Shown here: piece by piece, positions 41,687 to 55,585 of the stretch
Position numbering within the stretch: position 1 is the stretch's first letter
How the letters are laid out: each line of letters opens with the position of its first letter
Assembly: GCA_964016885.1 (NCBI GenBank)
Contig: OZ024745.1
Coordinates: 42,532,001 to 42,596,000 of the forward strand
Source: Eledone cirrhosa
Taxonomy: Eukaryota
Direction of reading: 5' to 3'
DNA: 64,000 bases
The notes under the pieces: model-generated
Seen by the model: only the letters and a program-made list of their open reading frames with translations
Told to the model about the DNA's origin: nothing
The model's database searches: none
Translations under genes and position numbers: made by a program

Positions 41687-42460
41687 CTTAATTGTAAGTT
41701 GTGATGTTGCTATTCCATTCATGTTTTCTATTTAATTTTTGTTTGAGTTCATTTATGTTTATTGCCTCTGTGATTTGTCTTAGCATTGCGTCTTTTCTGT
41801 GTGTAGATTTAATTTTTATTTCTATGTTCTCTAATTTGCCCTTATGTTCTATTTTAGCATGTTAGTGGAGTACTGATGAGTCTTTTCTTTCTTGAAGCTC
41901 TCGCCAGTGTTCTTATAATCGTTCTCCTATACTACGAGCTGTCTCACCTATGTACATTATATTCTTATCTTTACATTATCCCTCAGTACACCTTATGCTA
42001 TATACGTTTCTATATATATGTTTCTAGTTTTGCAGTTAATATGGGGGCTTAGTTTACAGATTATGCATTTCTTATCTATACAGGGAGGTCTTTGAAAATT
42101 ACTAATAAGTGTTTTTATGGAGGTACCTGGTCTTTCCACTATCTTAATATTTAGTTTAAGTTTATCTAGGGCCCTTCTAAATTTGTAAGTTAGTTCACCT
42201 CTAGGGGTTGTATTGATTAACATTACACTCTGGTATGTATTGCTATCATACCATGAGTTTATTCTATTAACCTTATTCCTAGTTTTTTCTATTCTATTCC
42301 AAAATTTGCTCCTATACAAGGGGCAGGTCCCATTTGTATTATTATTTACCATTTTTTCCCATTTGGGTCTGCTTCCTCTATATACTCTGATTTTATCTCT
42401 CTGATTGTAACCAGAGAACTGCATACGGTGGATGAAGTGTTGTATGTGTCTCTCTAGTTC
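41687..42460 (-). pseudogene. PLE linker + GIY-YIG endonuclease, decayed
   Basis: CPLYR...WY...TPRGEL...IKIVERPG...CIDKKCIIC, then YIGETARSIGER, then LRQITEAININ...LNRKHEWN. Contains stops and frameshifts. Confidence 0.85.
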
Positions 42461-43969
42461 TATGGGTTGCGCATGCGGGACACATTCCTCATCATCCGTA
42501 CTAAATCCGCAATCAGTATGTTGATTTTGGTGTGATCCGAAACAGCTGAGTTTCGGTGGATCAGGTATTTGGAAGTCATGGGTTTGACATAATGGGAATG
42601 GAGGATATAATGGCAAATTAGAGAACATAGAAATAAAAATAAAATCTACGCACAGAAAAGACGCAATGTTTAGATAAATCACAGAGGCAATAAACATAAA
42701 TGAACTCCAACCAAAATTAAATAGAAAACATGAATGGAACAGCAACATCACAACTTACAATTAAGGACAAAATGAAAACACACACACATAGAACAAACAA
42801 CCAACTAGTAACATGTAAATAAACAAATAAAAACACACACAGACACCCGGATGTAACACATGCGCAAACTAAGCACACAACACACACAAAAACAAGATGG
42901 CGTAGGACAGAACAAAGGAGAGGCACAAAACAAAGAAAAGAATCCCCAGTTACTGATGAAGTCACAGAATGTGTGACGAAAGAACTTTCACAATATATGA
43001 ACAACCGTCCGATTGTGGAACCAACCAACCAACTGGAAATTTATAAAAATGTTTAAATTTATAATTTAATTTATAATAAATTGGAGTGAAAGCAACTGGT
43101 GCGTGTGTTTCTTATTGGCAACATGACCCTCCCAAAGTATAACAATATAAATATATATATATATACACACATACATTCAGTTTTACGTGAGCGTGCACAC
43201 ATACACACACATGTACGTATGCATGTATGTATCTATGTAAGTATGTATGGATTGATGGATGGATGTGAGTATGTATGTATGTATAATTGTATATATGAAT
43301 GCAGTTAAGTAAATATATAAGTAAGCAGGTAAGTAAGTATGTAGGTAGGTAGGCTGGTACGAGAATGATCAAAAGGTTAGATTAAGAGGTTTGCTTTGCA
43401 ATCATTAGTTTCGGGGCAAATGTCATTCATTATAGTCTAGAATTGATCCATGACTTGTGAGGTAAATTGGATCGAGAGAAACTGTAAAACAAAGGGCCAA
43501 TCATGCCATATACCGTGTCACGTTGAATCTACCTGAGAATTACATATTGGGTACACGTTTCTGTGGAATACTCAGCCATTTACACGTTAATTTTATGAGC
43601 AGGTTGTTCCGTTGATCGAACAATTTAAACATTCATCGTTCGAAACCAACGGAGGACCATTGGTACATCTGACATTTGGCACATAGATATTCATAGATAT
43701 AGTCAGACCAACTGACGTAAGTTAAGATTCCATCGGAGAAATATTAAAACTGAATTACAAAGATATGAAAGAAATGGTGGGAGATGGAGGAACTCTCTAA
43801 TAGGGGGGGGGGGGGGGGGGCACACAAACAGAGGAAGAACAAAAGAAAGACACAGAGAGAGAAAAAAGAGAGTGGGAGGAAGAGAACGTTAAGGAAAGAG
43901 GATAGTATGTGTTAAAAAAGACGGAAACGAGATAAGTCGGATATATAAATATGTGTGTGTGTGTGTGTG

Positions 43970-44214
43970 TGGCTTAATGGTTAGGGTTCGATTAACCGGC
44001 GGGTGTTGTGCTCTTGAGCAAGATATTTTATTTCACGTTGCTCCAGTCCACTCAGCTGGCAAAAAAAATAAGTTCTACCTGTAATGAGAACTACGTTATG
44101 GGTAGGTGTGTCTCTGGAATTCTCAGCTACTTCCACGTAAATTTCACGAGCAGGCTGTTCTGTTGATCGTATCAACTGGAACACTCGTCGTCGTAACTGA
44201 CGGAAAGCCAGTTA

Positions 44215-44218
<4 letters not shown>
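43970..44218 (+). mobile_element. Second tRNA-derived SINE family; relatives at about 43480-43660, 47455-47630, 60185-60440 and head at 26520-26590 (-)
   Basis: A/B boxes followed by TGT(G)TCCTTGAGCAAGACACTTTATTTCACGTTGCTCC. Confidence 0.7.
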
Positions 44219-44259
<41 letters not shown>

Positions 44260-44543
44260 TGAAAAGTTTGTGCCCGAGGGCTGGGCTCACAACGTTTCAA
44301 CGGCGAGTGGATAACTGAATTATTTGTTCATTTTCGACTATTTCCATACGCGGTTTCTTGTTTCAAGAGCGGGGGCTTATGGGGTAAATGGAAAAAATAG
44401 TATAGTTGGGGGAGGAGGGAGAAAATTATAGAGTGAACTATTTGGAGGGGGACTTTGGTTGATAGTTCCATGTTGTGATGTCTCTGTCCGAGTGCGGTGA
44501 CGCACTCATGGCGCTTTAATATATGTATTATTCATCACTTAAT

Positions 44544-44637
<94 letters not shown>

Positions 44638-44899
44638 TGTGGCATGGCCGAGTGGTATCCTTTTCAAATAAACAAATATAATTTTAAATATTCACGAATT
44701 TATTTCCCAAAATTAAGGTCTTATTGTAATTTTTGTGTTAGTAAAAAATTGTTTTGAGCCTGGAAATTGCTATGTTGTGGTAGATTAAATCGGGTCACTT
44801 TCTTCTTAATTCTAATTCCCTATTTGGTGGGTTGGGTTCTATCCTTATTTCTATCCATTCTAGCTGTTCCTAGATATCATATCTTTATAATACGGTTGA

Positions 44900-45500
44900 C
44901 TTCTCTTTGAAGATATCCTTGTCGAAAGCAGTGATGTGATGACACATGCACCAAACACGCGATAGAGGCTATATCAATTCTTAAGTTGATCTCAAAATCT
45001 AGGTATCTATCCCTGGAGACAGAACTGCCAATATATACAAACGAGTCCACATCAAACCTAGTTCACTAAAAATGTTTGGTTCATCACCTCAATCTTCTTC
45101 TGACACCAGAGAAAAGATCCAGTATTTTCTAGATATCTCGTTCCGAGTGTGGTACAAGAGCACAGTCATTAACATACAACAAATCACGAATTAGAGCCAT
45201 ATGAGTCCTCCAGTTCGTTTAGAGACAATTCAAGTTGTCTCTAAGAGTTTATCTGTTTCATGATAGCAGACAAACTCAGTCATACAATACATTCTCAGAT
45301 TTGGTAAATATATTGAAAACAAGGTTGTTGTGGACAGATGCCCTTGTTTTAACCTATCACCATAGGGTTAGTTTCCAATATTACACTGTTAAAGTTGGAG
45401 TAAGCCATCATACCAGTGTGATGCTAGACAAACACTGTGACAAACGTAAGTGGACACCCTAATTTCTCCACGATTCTCCACTCTGCACTCCTGATGATTT
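44900..45500 (-). pseudogene. Decayed RTE LINE reverse transcriptase fragment
   Basis: Minus strand KQGH...TTLFSIY and RDLLYVNDCALVPHSERDI*KILDLF, resembling GVKQG and LLFADDCAL. Confidence 0.65.
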
Positions 45501-45538
45501 CATACGAATGAAACAATTCTGGTCTCCAAGAAGCCATT

Positions 45539-45612
<74 letters not shown>

Positions 45613-45677
45613 AATGGCTTCTTGGAGACCACATCTGGTTCCTTACCACAATTCCTTTGTTATATATATATATATAT

Positions 45678-45749
45678 AACAAAGGAATTGTGGTAAGGAA
45701 CCAGATGGACTATAATGGTTTGAGCTCTACCGTCGGGGTCATACTTTTT

Positions 45750-45751
<2 letters not shown>
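45678..45751. mobile_element. Family TA1 copy 3 (inverted junction, non-overlapping arms)
   Basis: Same two termini as 13697-13912 and 23884-24085. Confidence 0.75.
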
Positions 45752-45795
<44 letters not shown>

Positions 45796-45796
<1 letters not shown>

Positions 45797-46688
45797 GAGG
45801 TGGGTCAGGGAAGTTCCAGGACTGATGTCACAAAGATTTATTTCAAACCCGAACTTCACACTAAGAGTTTTCTCCTTCAAAGTAATCCCCTGGAGTATGT
45901 AACTGTAATATTAGCACTCTGCAGCGATCAAACTTTGTTCTTCATAATGTTATATACATGTCCTCTGTTTCAGGTCGTCAAGCAATGAGCACAGAGCAAC
46001 GAACAAACTTGAAAACTCCGTCAGAAGCACTGGGATTGCTGCAGCAAGTGTATGGAGTTGAGACGATGTCACGCTCACCTGTTTTTGAGTGATGCAAGAG
46101 GTTTAAAGAAGGACGCGAGGACGTGGAAGATGACCCCAGGAGCGGAAGGCCCTCAACAACCAGGACTGAGGTCAACGTTGAGCGCGTCAGGCAGATGGTG
46201 CGTAGCGATCGTCGGCTGACTGTTCGACTGATGGCAAATGAGCTGGGCATGAATCGGGACAGCGTCTGGAAGATTCTCACTGAAGATTTGGACATGCGGA
46301 AAGTCTGCGCGAAGATTGTGCCAAAACTGCTGAACGGTGACCAGAAGGGTCGACGCATTCAAGTGTGCCAGGACATCCTCGAGCGTTTTGAAACCGAACC
46401 AGACTTGCTAGGGACAGTCATCACCGGTGATGAGTCATGGATCTTCGAGTACGACCCGGAGGCGACCCGTTTTGAAGACGAGGACGACATCAAAAAGGCC
46501 GTGACGACGGAACTTCGGAAGATCCCGGAAGAATCCTTCCAGGAGTGCATGCAAGCCTGGCAGAAAAGGATGGAAAAGTGCATTAGACTCCAGGGGGATT
46601 ATTTTGAAGGAGAAAACTCTTAGTGTGAAGTTTGGGTTTGAAATAAATCTTTTGTGACATCAGTCCTGGAACTTTTCTGACCCACCTC

Positions 46689-46689
<1 letters not shown>
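45796..46689 (+). mobile_element. Non-autonomous mariner, copy 2 (CGAGG termini, irritans/Hsmar2-like)
   Basis: TA duplication within (TA)n. TIRs 45796-45896 and 46587-46689. HTH2, KIVPKLL (WVPHEL-equivalent), TGDESW, then deletion of the rest of the DD34D core. Confidence 0.95.
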
Positions 46690-47029
<340 letters not shown>

Positions 47030-47215
47030 ACTCTCTTTTCCTTTACCTTTCCTACGGAAACACTTCTTATATATATATATATATCCGTATGTGGTTGAAG
47101 GCTGAGAGAAAAGAGTACTCAATACCGAAATAGATTTTTAATATTCATTTTTTTATATTAAGGCTAAAAAGTGAGTTTTCTTACTCTGGAGTTTCGCCTG
47201 TTTATCACAGGGTCA

Positions 47216-47265
47216 TCTTGTCTGACGACCCTGTGATAAGCAGGCGAAACTCCAGAGTAACAAGA
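47216..47265 (+). ncRNA. Type I hammerhead ribozyme within fold-back insert 47085-47295
   Basis: TCTTGT-CTGACGA-C-CCTG-TGATAAG-CAGG-C-GAAA-CTC-CA-GAG-TA-ACAAGA. Perfect 6-bp stem I and GTA triplet at 47257-47259. Confidence 0.9.
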
Positions 47266-47289
47266 CTCACTTTTTTGCCTTAATATAAA

Positions 47290-47360
<71 letters not shown>

Positions 47361-47687
47361 AATTAATATATCTAGTAAGTAACATATATATATACATACA
47401 GATGCATATCAATGCTAGCAAATATATAGGTTTTATATATGTATATGTGTGTGTGTAAGGTTGTGAGTTCGATTCCTGGACCAGGTGATGCGTTATGTCC
47501 TTGAGCAAGACACTTTATTTCACGTTGCTCCTTCTACCTGGAGTTGCGACCGATAGATATTATTAGCAATTGGAAAGACCAACGGAAACATTGTTCCCTC
47601 GGTCCGATTTGACGAAAGTCGATCGATCCTTAATATATGTGTGTGTGTGCGTGTGTGTGTGTGTGTGTGTGCGTGTGTGTGTGTGTG

Positions 47688-47790
<103 letters not shown>

Positions 47791-48409
47791 ATGTATGTAT
47801 GAACGTATCTATGTATACATACATATGTGGGCGGATTATTGACACGGAAAATATAATTTAATAGCAGTTGTCGGTAGATAGGATCGATCAGTTGTTCCGA
47901 GTGCTTGACTCTCTTTGTTTCCCTTTCCTCCCTCATTGATTGGTAGTCACTTAGAAACGAGAAGTTCTCGTCATTAGCCAGGGTTCTGTATTGCAGAGAA
48001 GTGATGATGGTTGCCGAGTCGGATTTATGTTGAGTGTGTAGATTACTTGTTAATCATGGATTTATCTTTGGGTGAGCCAGATGGACTGGCGGTGGGTGAG
48101 GGCTGTTAATGTTATCGTCGTAGTTGAAACGGTAATGGTGGCGGATTATGATGGTTGCTTTGAAAATAATATTGGGAGTTTATATTGGTGATGTTTGAGT
48201 GTCGTAGTGAAGACACTTGTGAAAGTATAGGTGTAATGGTGGGAGAGGGTGGTGGTAATGGTTATAGTCATAGTGTTGGTAGTGATGGTGGGGGTGGTGG
48301 GGTGGGGGGGGGGGGTAACGTTAGTGAGAGATTTAGATCCGGTTGTGGTTGCGGTTGAGTTGCGACTTTGGTGATGCTTGAGTGTGGTGCTGTCAATAGC
48401 GATAGCAAT

Positions 48410-50820
48410 GGTGATAGTGGTGGTGGTCGTGGTGATAGTGGTGGTGGTCGTGGTGATAGTGGTGGTGGTCGTGGTGATAGTGGTGGTGGTCGTGGTGATA
48501 GTGGTGGTGGTCGTGGTGATAGTGGTGGTGGTCGTGGTGATAGTGGTGGTGGTCGTGGTGATAGTGGTGGTGGTCGTGGTGATAGTGGTGGTGGTCGTGG
48601 TGATAGTGGTGGTGGTCGTGGTGATAGTGGTGGTGGTCGTGGTGATAGTGGTGGTGGTCGTGGTGATAGTGGTGGTGGTCGTGGTGATAGTGGTGGTGGT
48701 CGTGGTGATAGTGGTGGTGGTCGTGGTGGTAGTGGTGGTGGTCGTGGTGGTAGTGGTGGTGGTCGTGGTGGTAGTGGTGGTGGTCGTGGTGATAGTGGTG
48801 GTGGTCGTGATGATAGTGGTGGTGGTCGTGGTGATAGTAGTGGTGGTCGTGGTGGTAGTGGTGGTGGTCGTGGTGATAGTGGTCGTGGTGATAGTGGTGG
48901 TGGTCGTGGTCATAGTGGTGGTGGTCGTGGTGATAGTGGTGGTGGTCGTGGTGATAGTGGTGGTGGTCGTGGTGATAGTGGTGGTGGTCGTGGTGATAGT
49001 GGTGGTGGTCGTGGTGGTAGTGGTGGTGGTCGTGGTGATAGTGGTGGTGGTCGTGATGGTAGTGGTGGTGGTCGTGGTGGTAGTGGTGGTGGTCGTGGTG
49101 GTAGTGGTGGTGGTCGTGATGGTAGTGGTGGTGGTCGTGGTGGTAGTGGTGGTGGTCGTGGTGGTAGTGGTGGTGGTCGTGGTGATAGTGGTGGTGGTCG
49201 TGGTGGTAGTGGTGGTGGTCGTGGTGATAGTGGTGGTGGTCGTGGTGGTAGTGGTGGTGGTCGTGGTGGTAGTGGTGGTGGTCGTGGTGGTAGTGGTGGT
49301 GGTCGTGATGGTAGTGGTGGTGGTCGTGATGGTAGTGGTGGTGGTCGTGATGGTAGTGGTGGTGGTCGTGGTGATAGTGGTGGTGGTCGTGGTGATAGTG
49401 GTGGTGGTCGTGGTGGTAGTGGTGGTGGTCGTGGTGATAGTGGTGGTGGTCGTGATGGTAGTGGTGGTGGTCGTGATGGTAGTGGTGGTGGTCGTGGTAA
49501 TAGTGGTGGTGGTCGTGGTGATAGTGGTGGTGGTCGTGGTGGTAGTGGTGGTGGTCGTGGTGATAGTGGTGGTGGTCGTGGTGATAGTGGTGGTGGTCGT
49601 GGTGATAGTGGTGGTGGTCGTGGTGATAGTGGTGGTGGTCGTGGTGATAGTGGCGGTGGTCGTGGTGATAGTGGTGGTGGTCTTGGTGATAGTGGTGGTG
49701 GTCGTGGTGATAGTGGTGGTGGTCGTGGTGATAGTGGTGGTGGTCGTGGTGATAGTGGTGGTGGTCGTGGTGATAGTGGTGGTGGTCGTGGTGATAGTGG
49801 TGGTGGTCGTGGTGATAGTGGTGGTGGTCGTGGTGGTAGTGGTGGTGGTCGTGGTGATAGTGGTGGTGGTCGTGGTGATAGTGGTGGTGGTCGTGGTGAT
49901 AGTGGTGGTGGTCGTGGTGGTGGTCGTGGTGGTAGTGGTGGTGGTCGTGATGGTAGTGGTGGTGGTCGTGGTGGTAGTGGTGGTGGTAGTGGTGGTAGTG
50001 GTGGTGGTAGTGGTGGTGGTCGTGGTGATAGTGGTGGTGGTCGTGATGATAATGGTGGTGGTCGTGGTGATAGTGGTGATGGTCGTGGTGATAGTGGTGG
50101 TGGTCGTGGTGGTAGTGGTTGTGGTTGTGGTGATAGTGGTGGTGGTCGTGGTGATAGTGGTGGTGTCGTGATGGTAGTGGTCGTGGTCGTGGTGATAGTG
50201 GTGGTGGTCGTGATGATAGTGGTGGTGGTCGTGGTGGTAGTGGTGGTGGTCGTGGTGATAGTGGTGGTAGTGGTGGTGGTCGTGGTGATAGTGGTGGTGG
50301 TCGTGGTGATAGTGGTGGTGGTCGTGATGGTAGTGGTGGTGGTCGTGGTGGTAGTGGTGGTGGTAGTGTTTGTGGTCGTGGTGATAGTGATGGTGGTCGT
50401 GATGGTAGTGGTGGTGGTCGTGATGGTAGTGGTGGTGGTAGTGGTGGTAGTGGTGGTGGTCGTGGTGATAGTGGTGGTGGTCGTGATGGTAGTGGTGGTG
50501 GTCGTGATGGTAGTGGTGGTGGTCGTGGTGGTAGTGGTGGTGGTGGTGGTGATAGTGGTGGTGGTCGTGGTGGTAGTGGTGGTGGTCGTGGTGATAGTGG
50601 TGGTGGTCGTGGTGATAGTGGTGGTGGTCGTGGTGGTGGTCGTGGTGGTCGTGGTGGTAGTGGTGGTGGTCGTGATGGTAGTGGTGGTGGTCGTGGTGGT
50701 AGTGGTGGTGGTGGTGGTGATAGTGGTGGTGGTCGTGGTGGTAGTGGTGGTGGTCGTGGTGATAGTGGTGGTGGTCGTGGTGATAGTGGTGGTGGTCGTG
50801 GTGGTGGTCGTGGTGGTTAT
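48410..50820. repeat. 21-bp (GGT)-derived minisatellite
   Basis: Unit GGTGATAGTGGTGGTGGTCGT. Confidence 0.96.
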
Positions 50821-52100
50821 GGTGCTATGGTAGCTATGGTAGTGGTGGTAGTGGTGGTTGTGGTGGTAGCTATGGTAGTACTGGTAGTGGTGGTAGTGGT
50901 GGTAACTATGGTAGCTACAGTAGTGGTGGTTGTGGTGGTAGTGGTAGTTGTGGTGGTAGCTATGATCGTGGTGGTTTTGGTGGTTGTGGTGGTAGCTGTG
51001 GTAGTGGTGGTAGTTGTGGTAACTATGGTAGTGGTGGTTGTGGTGGTAGCTGTGGTGGTAGCTATGGTAGTGATGGTAGTGGTGGGAGCTATGGCAGTGG
51101 TGGTTGTGGTGGTAGCTGTGGCAGTGGTGGTTGTGGTGGTAGCTGTGGTGGTAGCTATGGTAGTGATGGTAGTGGTGGGAGCTATGGCAGTGGTGGTTGT
51201 GGTGGTAGCTATGGTAGCTATGGTAGTGGTGGTAGTGGTGGTAGTGGTGGGAGCTATGGCAGTGGTGGTAGTGGTGGTAGTGATGGTAGCTATGGTAGTG
51301 GTGGTTGTGATGGTAGCTATGGTAGTGGTGGTAGCTATGGTAGTGGTGTAGTGGTGGTAGTGGTGGTTGCAGTGGTAGTGGTGGTAGTTATGGCAGTGGT
51401 GGTAGTGGTGGTAGCTGTGGTAGTGGAGGTAGCTCTGGTAGCTGTGGTAGTGGTGGTAGTGGTGGATGTGGTGGTTGTAGTGGTAGTGGTGGTAGCTATG
51501 GCAGTGGTGGTAGTTGTGGTAGCTGTGGTAGTGGAGGTAGCTCTGGTAGCTGTGGTAGTGGTGGTAGTGGTGGTTGGGGTGGTTGTAGTGGTAGTGGTGG
51601 TAGCTATGGCAATGGTGGTAGTGGTGGTAGCTGTGGTAGTGGAGGTAGCTATGGTAGTTGTAGTGGTAGTGGTGGTAGCTATGGTAGTGGTGGTAGCTAT
51701 GGTAGTAATGGTGGTAGCTGTGGTAGTGGTGGTAGTGGTGGTAGTAGTGGTAGCTGTGGTAGTGGTGGTAGTGGTGGTAGTAGTGGTAGCTGTGGTAGTG
51801 GTGGTAGTGGTGGTAGTGGTGGTAGTGGTGGTTGTAGTGGTAGTGATGGTAGTGGTGGTAGCTATGGTAGTAGTGGTGGTAGCTGTGGTAGTGGTGGTAG
51901 TGGTGGTAGTGGTGGTTGTAGTTGTAGTGGTGGTAGTGGTGGTAGCTATGGTAGTAGTGGTGGTAGCTGTGGTAGTGGTGGTAGTGGTGGTAGCTATGGT
52001 AGTAGTGGTGGTAGCTGTGGTAGTGGTGGTAGTGGTGGTAGTGGTGGTAGTGGTGGTTGTAGTGGTAGTGATGGTAGTGGTGGTAGCTATGGTAGTATTG
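50821..52100. repeat. Degenerate GTGGTA/GCTATG low-complexity array
   Basis: Direct reading. Confidence 0.9.
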
Positions 52101-52573
52101 GCTGCGATGTTAGCTCTGGCAGTGATGGTTGTGATGACAATGGTAGTGATGTGGAAAAAGCAGTGGTTGTTACCAGAGTAGGCTTCGTCAGTTCCTTTTG
52201 ACGTGGGAAGGTGTTAAATAGCGTTGAGTTACTTTTACACCATCTCTGTCTCTGAAATGTCCCAATTTCTGATTCACCTACATAAACACAGATACATCTC
52301 CCGACATATTCATTATTCACACACATAAACACACACAAACATACACATATATCTTCAGCCACACACGCACACACACGCACACACACGCACACACACGCGC
52401 AAGACACACACACACACACACATACACACACGGTCCTTTACACAACCATGTACAAACATACGTGACATAGAGAGGAGAGGAGTTTGGTGGATCATCATAC
52501 AAGCCTGGTGAAACTGTGAGTGCGAAGGTGAAACTTTAGAGTAACAAAGCTCACCAATAGTTATAATGAATGA

Positions 52574-52631
<58 letters not shown>

Positions 52632-52859
52632 CAATTCTTTGCTTAAACTTTAATCTGTTATTTTAATATATATATACAAATATAATTTCAGCGAGATCGC
52701 ATTTCGGCTGTGGTCAAAAACAAAGCGAAACGGAATTTTTGAGATATGCGGCAAGCGCTCAATGGACTAAAAGAAGATATAGGATATGAATAAATTGGGT
52801 ATAATACCAGTTTATTACTAAATGAGAAGAATCTCGATATATTAATCCCTTAGGAAAGT

Positions 52860-53145
52860 GTACAGCGCATAATTTCTTTTTTAAATTAGATATATATATT
52901 TGAAAAAAAAAATAGAAAATAATGACTTCACTTGTAGTTCTAAGATGTACGACAATCGCCATCGATGAATGCGAGAAAGTTCTCCAAGAAAGTTAACCAG
53001 CAAAATTTGTCCCACCGAAGTTAACAAAGAACTTACTATATCTACCAACTCATAATATTATAATATTATAAAATTAAATCAATTTTTTAACACTACAAGT
53101 GAAGTCATTCTTTTCCTGTTTTTCAAATATACCTAACTGTACCAA
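52860..53145. repeat. Imperfect fold-back
   Basis: AATGACTTCACTTGTAGT (52921-52938) / ACTACAAGTGAAGTCATT (53092-53109), with flanking similarity. Confidence 0.65.
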
Positions 53146-53173
53146 GGATCTCACACATTTTCCAATATATATA

Positions 53174-53510
53174 TAAACGTTTGAAGTTAGAAGGCAGGTT
53201 TGGAGATAGAATATAATTGTAAAAGACAGCGTTGACAATTAGTCTTTTACCTTAATTTATTCATATATCCTGATATTTCGAGATAATATCTCTTCGTCTG
53301 AGGAAAGTAAAGGGGTTAATCCAGTGTTCGAAGTGGATTAACCCCCTTTACTTTCCTCAGACGAAGAGATATTATCTCGAAATATCATGATATATGAATA
53401 AATTAAGGTAAAAGACTAATTGTCAGCGCTGTCTTTTACATTTATATTCTGTCTTTTAGATATATCTCCAAACCTGCATTGTTCTGGCCTTCTAGCCTCA
53501 AACGTTTATA
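53174..53510. mobile_element. PLE-like fold-back with minimal hammerhead (U4A variant) in both arms (53268-53304 -, 53354-53390 +)
   Basis: TCCT-CAGACGA-A-GAGAT-ATT-ATCTC-GAAA-TA-TC-AGGA. Arms about 150-180 bp. Confidence 0.8.
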
Positions 53511-53545
53511 CCTCACTACACAATGCTTCAAGTAAACTACCAATT

Positions 53546-53593
<48 letters not shown>

Positions 53594-53879
53594 AGAGCCA
53601 GTGCCCCCTACCCCCAATAATAATATTCTTCTCCCCAAACTACCAAAACACACATCTATTTGGATATGCGCTACAATTTATGTACATGTTATGTTTATCG
53701 GACATCGAAATTTTCTGACCACTTTAGAGTGCAAAGAGCTAAACTGATCAATACAACTAAATTGACCAAATTTGTTCCCATATACACATATACACACACA
53801 AACGGATACACATTTACACACACACATACCCACACACATACACACACACATACATATTTACACACACACATATTTATCC

Positions 53880-54130
53880 ACACACACAAATCCACACACA
53901 CAGATCCACACACACATATCTCCTACACACAGATCCACACACACATATCTCCTACACACACAGATCCACACACACACACAGATCCACACACACAGATCCA
54001 CACACACATATCTCCTACACACACAGATCCACACACACATATCTCCTACACACACAGATCCACACACACATATCTCCTACACACACAGATCCACACACAC
54101 AGATCCACACACACATATCTCCTACACACT
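53880..54130. repeat. (CA)-derived minisatellite (CACACAGATCCACACACACATATCTCCTA)
   Basis: Direct reading, within a CA-rich region extending to about 55180. Confidence 0.85.
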
Positions 54131-54751
54131 GATCCCCGCATAAATTCAAACATGCACCCTTATCAAGACACTTGCACTTCCATACACACACACACAAGCA
54201 CAGACACATACACACACATTCACACAAACATGAAAATACACATGCACAAACTCACATTCACACACTCCCTTACGCACATACACACACACACATACACGTA
54301 CACACTCATACACACACACATACACACATACGCTCATACACACACACACACACAAGCACACAGACATACACACACACGCACAGACAAACACACACACACA
54401 CACATGGACACAAACACACACACATACATAGGCACAAACACACTGGCACACAAACACACATCGACACAGACACAGGCACACACACACACATATGGAGACA
54501 AACACACTGGCACACACGGGCACAAACACACACACACACACACACACAGGGACACAGCCACAGACACACACACACACACACACACATATGACACACACAC
54601 ACACACACACATGGACATACACACAACACACACACGGACATAAGTACACACACACTCACACACACATATGGACACAAACAAACACCCAGACAGCCACAAA
54701 CGGGCGCGCGTACATGTGCGTGTGCACGCACACATACACACACACACATAG

Positions 54752-54782
<31 letters not shown>

Positions 54783-55030
54783 GACATATACACACACACA
54801 CACGTACACAAACACACACTCACACACACAGGGACACAGCCACAGACACACACACACACACACACATATGGACACAAACATACACCCAGACAGCCACAAG
54901 CGGGTGCGCGTACATGTGTGTGTGTGTGTGCACGCACATACACACACACACACAGACACACACAAACATGGACACACACATGGACGGACACACACACACA
55001 TGGACATACACACACACACACACACGGACA

Positions 55031-55066
<36 letters not shown>

Positions 55067-55126
55067 GCCACAGACACACATGGACATACACACACACAAG
55101 GACACAAACATACACGTATACACGCA

Positions 55127-55165
<39 letters not shown>

Positions 55166-55550
55166 ACCCACATATACACAGACAAAGACGACAAGGACAA
55201 CAGCAGCATCTGTTTCGATGCAAATGTCTGTGCAGGCACGCATGCACGTGCTGGCTAAATGAACGTGAACACGTGCTGCACAAACAATCGGGCATAAAAA
55301 TATTCTTATTCGTTCGGGCGTGTCTTGTCTGTCTGTGTGTGTGCGCCTGCGCACGTTTATGTGTGTGTATTTGTGCGTGTGTGTGTGTGTGTGTGTGAGT
55401 GTGTGTTAGTGTGTGTGTGTTAGTGTGTGTGGGGGGTACTCGAACTAAGCAGATCATCTCTGTATATGCTTGTGTGCAGGCGTTTTTATGTGTGCGTGTG
55501 TATGCATCACACACATATAAATGTATATGTGTGTGTTTGTGTGTGTATAC

Positions 55551-55585
<35 letters not shown>

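Larger units (their letters stand above)
41290..43150 (-). mobile_element. Penelope-like element of a second clade with about 540-bp inverted duplication of its 3' end
   Basis: 41290-41840 is the reverse complement of 42611-43150. A decayed ORF lies in between. Confidence 0.88.

Noticed and set aside
41993-42751. 252-aa ORF as a single gene
   Set aside because: Chimeric: the N-terminal part is antisense of the inverted arm plus filler; only the portion from about 42460 down is PLE coding.
48368-50833. 821-aa Gly/RGG-rich protein gene
   Set aside because: Pure minisatellite; the frame slips into poly-Val near 50165; no non-repetitive coding flanks.
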